The notes beneath the pieces were generated by a model. That model was not told where the DNA came from, searched no databases, and worked only from the letters and a program-made list of their open reading frames with translations. Positions 58,701 through 64,000 of a stretch of 64,000 nucleotides of DNA are shown one piece after another; the stretch's first letter is position 1, and every line of letters begins with the position of its first letter. Position numbers and translations under genes: made by a program. This stretch comes from Spirochaetota bacterium (GTDB lineage: Bacteria; Spirochaetota; UBA4802; JAFGDQ01), in contig JAZDKB010000019.1 of the NCBI GenBank assembly GCA_043803405.1, positions 171,840 through 235,839 on the forward strand. The letters are read 5' to 3'.

Positions 58701-60683
58701 TTATTTAGCTTCAGTCATTTTAATATAATCATAAGTAACATTAAAAGCTTCCTTTAAAAACAGGTCATGTTCTATGTCAATTAATTTGCTGTCGGTACGC
58801 GAATGTTTTTCTTTTTTTTCAATATCTTTTAATTCCTGATTCTCAATTTTTGCCTGTTCCTTAAGGCTTATTGTTTTTTCTTTTCTTTTGGCCAGGAGAT
58901 TTTTTATCTTTTTCCCCAATTCAATAAATTCTTTGCTTGAATCAATTCTTTTGGAAGATAATCTTTTTAAAGCAGCAATTACATTATTAGTTAAATATTT
59001 GTCATAGGGTAAATATTGCGCTTTTTCAATTTTTTCCCATTTCAATGCATTGCGCAGCTTGCTTTCGCCAATATCCCATATGGAACTCATATCCGGAACC
59101 AGGATGTCGGGCTCAATGCCGTTTAACTGATTTGATGAACCGCCCGGTTGATAAAAAAGAGCTGTAGTAATTTTCATAGCTCCGTTTTTTCCAGGCAAAG
59201 CATTATAAGTCTGTACCGAGCCTTTTCCGAATGTGCTTGCAGGCCCGATTACTATGCCTCTTTTGTAATCTTTAATTGCGCCCGCAAAAATTTCTGAAGC
59301 GCTGGCGCTGAATTTATCAATAAGAATTACGATCGGCCCATTATAATATACCCCCGGGTCTTTGTCTTCCATAACTTCAGCATTATTTTTTCCTATTAAT
59401 ATTTGCACTATTGGGCCTTCGTTAATAAACATTCCGGCGATATTAACAGCTTCATTGAGGGCGCCGCCGGGATTTCCCCGCAAATCGATTACCATGCCCT
59501 GTATGCCTTTGCTTTTTAATTTATTGATCTGAACCTTCATATCATTCGAGGATTTTTTTGCGTTAGGATCGTTACTGTTTACTGCATCGAAATCCATATA
59601 AAAAGAAGGGAGCTGAATATAGCCTATTTTTACTTCTGATTTGTCCTTAACTATCGGGTATATGTCCGATTTAGCGGCTTTATCTTCAAGAGTTATTTCT
59701 TCCCTGGTAATGGGAATCAGCAGCCGCTGCTGCTTGTTTTGTTCGCTTATCTGTCTTAATATTGTTAGCTTTACAATTGTACTTTTTTTTCCTCTGATAA
59801 GGTTGACGACATCTCTTAACGCCATATCCGTTACGTCAACCGGCTCATCATTTGCCTGGGCAACGCCGACTATTTTATCGTCCGGCTTCAGTTGCAGTTC
59901 TTTAGGAAGTTTTGAAGCCGGCCCGTTCGGAATTATGCTCTCAACAGTGATGAAGCCGTCCTCGGAACGAAGCAGAACCCCGATTCCTTCCAGCTTCAAA
60001 TTCGTTGATATCTGGAAGTCCTCATGTTCTTCCTGGGTTAAATAATTTGTATGCGGATCAAGTGCTGTCGTAAAAGAATTAAGGAAAATAGCCAGCATTC
60101 TTTCATTATTAATTTCGTCTATACGTTTTTGAGATATCTGGTACTTCTTTTTCAGTTTTTCCTTTGCTGCTTTAATATCTTTTTCCGAAGAGAGCTGGTT
60201 TAAAAGCTGCAGTTTGATATTTTTTCTCCATCTCTCTTTCATCTCTTCTTTGGTTTTGGAGTAATCGATTTTTTCGCTGTCAATAATTATGCTTTCATCT
60301 TTGTCGAAGTCATAATTTATTTTGATAAGTTCATTGAAAATTGTTAAGTTTTCACGGAATCTTGTTTTATATGTTTCTTGGATCTGGAAAATAAATGAAA
60401 AGTCATTTGCATTTACATAATCGTCGATATCATTCTTATGTTTCATGAATGCGTCGATATCGCTTTTATAAAAATAATTTTTTCCCGGATCAAGGTAATT
60501 TATTAAATTATTCAGTGTTTTTTCTGATATTTCATCGGTAAATTGATTATTCATAATATGTCTTGACAGGAAAATGCTTATTAGAGGTTCAATTTCATCC
60601 TGTTTAAGGCCGTTGGTCTTTTTAGTGCAGCCAAAAAGCACTAATGTTATTATTATAAACGTAACTAATCTTTTATGTCGCAT
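58701..60683 (-). CDS. carboxyl-terminal processing protease, S41 family (Prc/Tsp-like)
   Basis: Signal/lipobox N-terminus, a PDZ domain and the S41 catalytic region (GPIVILIDKFSASASEIFAGAIKDYKRGIVIG, TFGKGSVQ). 660 aa. Confidence 0.85.
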   Translation of the reverse strand: MRHKRLVTFIIITLVLFGCTKKTNGLKQDEIEPLISIFLSRHIMNNQFTDEISEKTLNNLINYLDPGKNYFYKSDIDAFMKHKNDIDDYVNANDFSFIFQIQETYKTRFRENLTIFNELIKINYDFDKDESIIIDSEKIDYSKTKEEMKERWRKNIKLQLLNQLSSEKDIKAAKEKLKKKYQISQKRIDEINNERMLAIFLNSFTTALDPHTNYLTQEEHEDFQISTNLKLEGIGVLLRSEDGFITVESIIPNGPASKLPKELQLKPDDKIVGVAQANDEPVDVTDMALRDVVNLIRGKKSTIVKLTILRQISEQNKQQRLLIPITREEITLEDKAAKSDIYPIVKDKSEVKIGYIQLPSFYMDFDAVNSNDPNAKKSSNDMKVQINKLKSKGIQGMVIDLRGNPGGALNEAVNIAGMFINEGPIVQILIGKNNAEVMEDKDPGVYYNGPIVILIDKFSASASEIFAGAIKDYKRGIVIGPASTFGKGSVQTYNALPGKNGAMKITTALFYQPGGSSNQLNGIEPDILVPDMSSIWDIGESKLRNALKWEKIEKAQYLPYDKYLTNNVIAALKRLSSKRIDSSKEFIELGKKIKNLLAKRKEKTISLKEQAKIENQELKDIEKKEKHSRTDSKLIDIEHDLFLKEAFNVTYDYIKMTEAK

Positions 60684-60866
60684 TGATTACAGTAACTCCT
60701 GTTCAGGTTATAATGAAATTCAATGTAAAATGGAATAGAGTACAAATTTTTGCCGATTAGTCAATCGATTATTTATTAAAGAAAAATTTATTTGACCAAA
60801 TACTTTAATATTAAAAGATAGAGATATATAATATCGTTTTTAATAAATAATATTCAGGTATTTTTT

Positions 60867-61382
60867 ATGCGTTTAAAAACTGCATTTGGTTTTGCAATAA
60901 GATTAAATTTTATATTATTTTGTTTTATTATATCGTGCAATACTTATCCGGAGATAAGTATTAATAAGAAAAATTTTCCGGCAAAGATTGTTAAGAAAGA
61001 AAAAAGCGGTAATCCTGACGGAATATTAAAATATTATAAAGCGTCAGCAGAAAAGAGTTATCCGGCTGAGCCGCAAAAATATTACAGGCTTTATCATAAA
61101 AGATATTTTACGAAATATTTTTTCTGTACACCGGCGGCGGATATAAATAATTCGGGCGTTGATTATGCTTTGAAGGGAATGTATCCGGAAGCAGAAATAT
61201 TGTTCTGCGAAGTTATTAAAGAAAATTGCGATGATCCGTCAGCATTAAATAATCTCGGTATAATTTACGAATTAAGCAATAATATTAAGGCTTTCGATAT
61301 GTATTCAAAAGCATGTTTGCTTAATCCGGGTAATGAATTTTTCAGATTGAATTATTTAAATTATTGCGATAATAATTTGTAA
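60867..61382 (+). CDS. hypothetical protein with TPR-like C-terminal region
   Basis: 171 aa with a hydrophobic N-terminus. A C-terminal TPR-like helix pair (ALNNLGIIYELSNNIKAFDMYSKACLLNPGN). Confidence 0.4.
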   Translation: MRLKTAFGFAIRLNFILFCFIISCNTYPEISINKKNFPAKIVKKEKSGNPDGILKYYKASAEKSYPAEPQKYYRLYHKRYFTKYFFCTPAADINNSGVDYALKGMYPEAEILFCEVIKENCDDPSALNNLGIIYELSNNIKAFDMYSKACLLNPGNEFFRLNYLNYCDNNL

Positions 61383-61455
61383 TTGCCTGATTATTAAATT
61401 ATAAATAATTTTCTGTATATTTCACAAATCAATTTTGTAAACGGATAACGATAAA

Positions 61456-62451
61456 ATGTTAATAGATAGTTTTTCCAGAAAGCTGGATTATTTGCGGGTC
61501 TCAATAACCGATAAATGCAATCTGCGATGCAGCTACTGCATGCCGCCCGAAGGGCTTGAGCTTCTGGAGCATGATGAAGTTCTTAGAAATGAAGAATTCA
61601 TTTATCTTATAAGGATATTTGCAGACCTCGGCATAAAAAAAGTCCGCTTTACAGGCGGGGAGCCCCTGGTTCGCAAAGGATTTCTTGATATAGTTGAGGG
61701 AACCCGTGAAGCTTCGCCTGATCTTGAACTTTGCTTAACTACAAACGGAGTGCTGCTTGATAAAGTAATACCTGATTTGAAAAGATTAAGCGTTAAAAAA
61801 CTGAACATAAGCCTTGATACTTTATCACAGGATGAATTTAAAAAAATTACCGGAAGAGATTATTTTAACAAAGTAATATCAAACATTGAAAATGCAATAA
61901 GTATGGATTATTTTGAAGTTAAAATTAATTGCGTACTGCGTGAAGATACATTAAATGAACTGGATGATTTTCTTGAATATTTTAAAGATAAAAAGGCTAT
62001 TCTAAGATTTATTGAAAAAATGCCGTTTTCTCTGGATAAAAACAGCAGGCAGGTTTCATTTAATGATTTAATTGCCGAATTGGGAAAAAGAGGTAAGCTT
62101 GAGAGGAACAACAGCCTGGATACGAAAGTTGCGGTTATGTATAATCTTATTTATAAAAGTATTTATACTATTAAAATAGGTGTTATACCCCCGATGTCGC
62201 ATAATTTTTGCGCGAAATGCAACCGCCTCCGGCTGACATGCGACGGCTTTCTGAGAACATGCCTGCTTGCAAATAATGAGTACGACCTGAAAAGCGTATA
62301 CAGAATGGATATGGGCGATAAAGCGTTAAAGGATTTTATTTTGCGCGCTGTAAGCGAAAAACCGAAAGCTCACAACATGGATTGCAATAGCCCGGACGAA
62401 GGATGTTTCTCGCTGGTCTCACGCAGAAGAATGTCCGAAATAGGCGGATAA
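61456..62451 (+). CDS. moaA: GTP 3',8-cyclase (molybdenum cofactor biosynthesis protein A)
   Basis: Radical SAM CNLRCSYC near the N-terminus. The C-terminal second cluster Cys (CAKCNRLRLTCDG) is typical of MoaA. 331 aa. Confidence 0.9.
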   Translation: MLIDSFSRKLDYLRVSITDKCNLRCSYCMPPEGLELLEHDEVLRNEEFIYLIRIFADLGIKKVRFTGGEPLVRKGFLDIVEGTREASPDLELCLTTNGVLLDKVIPDLKRLSVKKLNISLDTLSQDEFKKITGRDYFNKVISNIENAISMDYFEVKINCVLREDTLNELDDFLEYFKDKKAILRFIEKMPFSLDKNSRQVSFNDLIAELGKRGKLERNNSLDTKVAVMYNLIYKSIYTIKIGVIPPMSHNFCAKCNRLRLTCDGFLRTCLLANNEYDLKSVYRMDMGDKALKDFILRAVSEKPKAHNMDCNSPDEGCFSLVSRRRMSEIGG

Positions 62452-62479
62452 TTTGCATCATTAAAAAGCACGGTTCCTG

Positions 62480-63028
62480 TTACAGCTGGTACTGGCTTAT
62501 TAAGTTTTCAAGCTCTTTAAGCTTTTTAATTAATTTTTCTTTTCCGCCGCTTTTGCTGCATAAATTTTTCACTTCGGTTATTCCGTTTTTTATTTCCGAC
62601 ATATCTTCCGTTAATGCCTGCGATACCTGTGTTAAAGTAATGGAGCAGTCGTAAAGCTGATCGCCTTCCCTGAGCGCCGTAAAGGTTTTTAAATTTTTAT
62701 TTAAAATGTCTTTTAACGCCTCGTTAAAACGATAGAGAGGACCGGCAACTTTATGAGAAGCATAAAGCACAAATACGGCAATAATAATTGAGGATACCAG
62801 CATATTAATAATCGATAATGTAAGTATAATAGGGAAAAGCATATCCTTGACATTCTTGTAAGTGACATGCGCCGAGAGCAAGTTGGTTTCTACTTCGCTG
62901 TTTAAAAAGATATATAAAAAGAAGCCGAATATTATCATTATCAGTATATTAATAATAATGAATTTAGAGATTAACCTTACCTGGAACTCTCTATTAATAA
63001 GAATTATATGCCTTCTGTTCTTATCCAT
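62480..63028 (-). CDS. membrane protein with two TM helices and a HAMP domain
   Basis: Two N-terminal hydrophobic helices followed by a HAMP-like segment (SHKVAGPLYRFNEALKDI) and a coiled coil. No output domain. Confidence 0.5.
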   Translation of the reverse strand: MDKNRRHIILINREFQVRLISKFIIINILIMIIFGFFLYIFLNSEVETNLLSAHVTYKNVKDMLFPIILTLSIINMLVSSIIIAVFVLYASHKVAGPLYRFNEALKDILNKNLKTFTALREGDQLYDCSITLTQVSQALTEDMSEIKNGITEVKNLCSKSGGKEKLIKKLKELENLISQYQL

Positions 63029-63041
63029 TTTTTAATCCTCC

Positions 63042-63497
63042 TTAATGGCATGTTTTGCAAAGCTGGCCTTTATTGTTTTTTTTAATCAAATAATATGTTT
63101 TGTAATGCGGTTTACCGGAAAATATTTTTTCATAAAGACTTTCGGCCTTCCACGAATTACTATCGTATCTGTTTTCTTTAAGGTTGTGACATGTAATGCA
63201 TGTTAGTCTTTTTTTTCCGGTTAATATAAATTCTTCAGGGAGTTTTTCAACGATTTTATTGTTTATGGCATGGTGATTTTTTATTTCTTTATGACACGTT
63301 AAGCATTGAGGGGAGCAGGCCAGTGCCGGATCGCCTACTTTAATATTTTTACTGATTTTATTGTGACAGGCTGCGCAATTATTTGCATCCTTCACAAAAG
63401 GATGGATTTTTATCGTTTCATTGTCGAAAGCTGCGGCAAAAACAGCCATAACCGATATGCCGGTTAAGAAAAATAAAATTTTTCGCCAGAGACGCAT
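63042..63497 (-). CDS. tetraheme c-type cytochrome
   Basis: Signal peptide plus four CxxCH motifs (CAACH, CLTCH, CITCH, CKTCH) in 151 aa. Confidence 0.75.
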   Translation of the reverse strand: MRLWRKILFFLTGISVMAVFAAAFDNETIKIHPFVKDANNCAACHNKISKNIKVGDPALACSPQCLTCHKEIKNHHAINNKIVEKLPEEFILTGKKRLTCITCHNLKENRYDSNSWKAESLYEKIFSGKPHYKTYYLIKKNNKGQLCKTCH

Positions 63498-63509
63498 TTA
63501 TTTGCTCCG

Positions 63510-64000
63510 TTAAAATCTGATAACAAGCTGAATGTAATATAACATATCGTTATAATATTGATCGGATTCATATTCTTCATACGCAGTTAAGTACTTTATG
63601 TATTCCAGTTTTAAATATGATATACGGGCAATGTTTATATTTAAACCTGCTGTTGCCCTGCTGATAGAGCTTTTCTCTACGCCTTCCCGGTAATTAATTG
63701 AAACAATTTCCTCTGATGTATATTTGTCGTACCTTCCGTAAAGGATAACAGGCAGCCTGGAGAAATAATTAAAGTCGATTGCGCCTGTTACATGGTAACC
63801 GTACAGCAATATACCGGCGTTCTTATCGCGGTAATAATATTCGGAACTAAGGATGACCGGGCCCACCTTGCTTTCCATATCGCCTGCAAATATTTTTTCC
63901 GCAGTTGCACCGTCCCTGTCAATATCGTGTATATATGAAAAGCCGAATTCAAGAGGCGACATGGATGCCGATTTTAGGGTATATGGATTATTAAACGGAG
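63510..64000 (-). CDS. putative outer-membrane beta-barrel protein, C-terminal part (5' end beyond window)
   Basis: ORF open to the window edge. Alternating amphipathic strands and a C-terminal F (VIRF) are typical of OMP barrels. Immediately upstream of the cytochrome c gene. Confidence 0.4.
   Translation of the reverse strand, partial: PFNNPYTLKSASMSPLEFGFSYIHDIDRDGATAEKIFAGDMESKVGPVILSSEYYYRDKNAGILLYGYHVTGAIDFNYFSRLPVILYGRYDKYTSEEIVSINYREGVEKSSISRATAGLNINIARISYLKLEYIKYLTAYEEYESDQYYNDMLYYIQLVIRF

Overview
This is an AT-rich (roughly 35-40% GC by eye) bacterial chromosomal segment. LPS-core genes (waaA, a GT9 heptosyltransferase) and beta-barrel OMP-like ORFs suggest a Gram-negative-type organism. 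I can support about 60 protein-coding genes, one tRNA-Arg(UCG) and several non-coding repeats and regulatory sites. Most of the window is housekeeping: tilS(C-term)-ftsH, recG, serS, panB, an Lrp/AsnC regulator, a LivKHMGF-type ABC transporter, aroA, heptosyltransferase-waaA-rsmE-thiS-thiE-pssA-moaC, CIRCE-groES-groEL, a GT2, an S41 C-terminal protease, moaA and a tetraheme cytochrome c. The most notable accessory content is a compact candidate RiPP biosynthetic operon at about 33.7-38.9 kb. It encodes an NHLP-type (nitrile-hydratase-leader-like) precursor with a GG leader end and a 17-aa two-Cys core, a radical-SAM/SPASM enzyme, a fused E1-like/YcaO cyclodehydratase and a SagB-type dehydrogenase. 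Combining azol(in)e-forming enzymes with an rSAM-SPASM enzyme on an NHLP leader is unusual and points to a possibly undescribed hybrid RiPP. Other notable items are a small island in which two type II TA pairs (Phd/YefM-ParE and MazE-MazF) bracket a Ca2+/Na+ antiporter, a roughly 237-bp MITE-like element present in two about 93%-identical copies (21.2 kb and 49.0 kb) with GC-rich about 30-bp terminal inverted repeats, a second weaker GC-rich hairpin repeat family, a 29-bp perfect inverted repeat downstream of ftsH, a CIRCE operator with an atypical 8-nt spacer upstream of groES, and a small Cys-rich lipoprotein-like ORF. No CRISPR array, rRNA, or transposase/integrase gene was detected.
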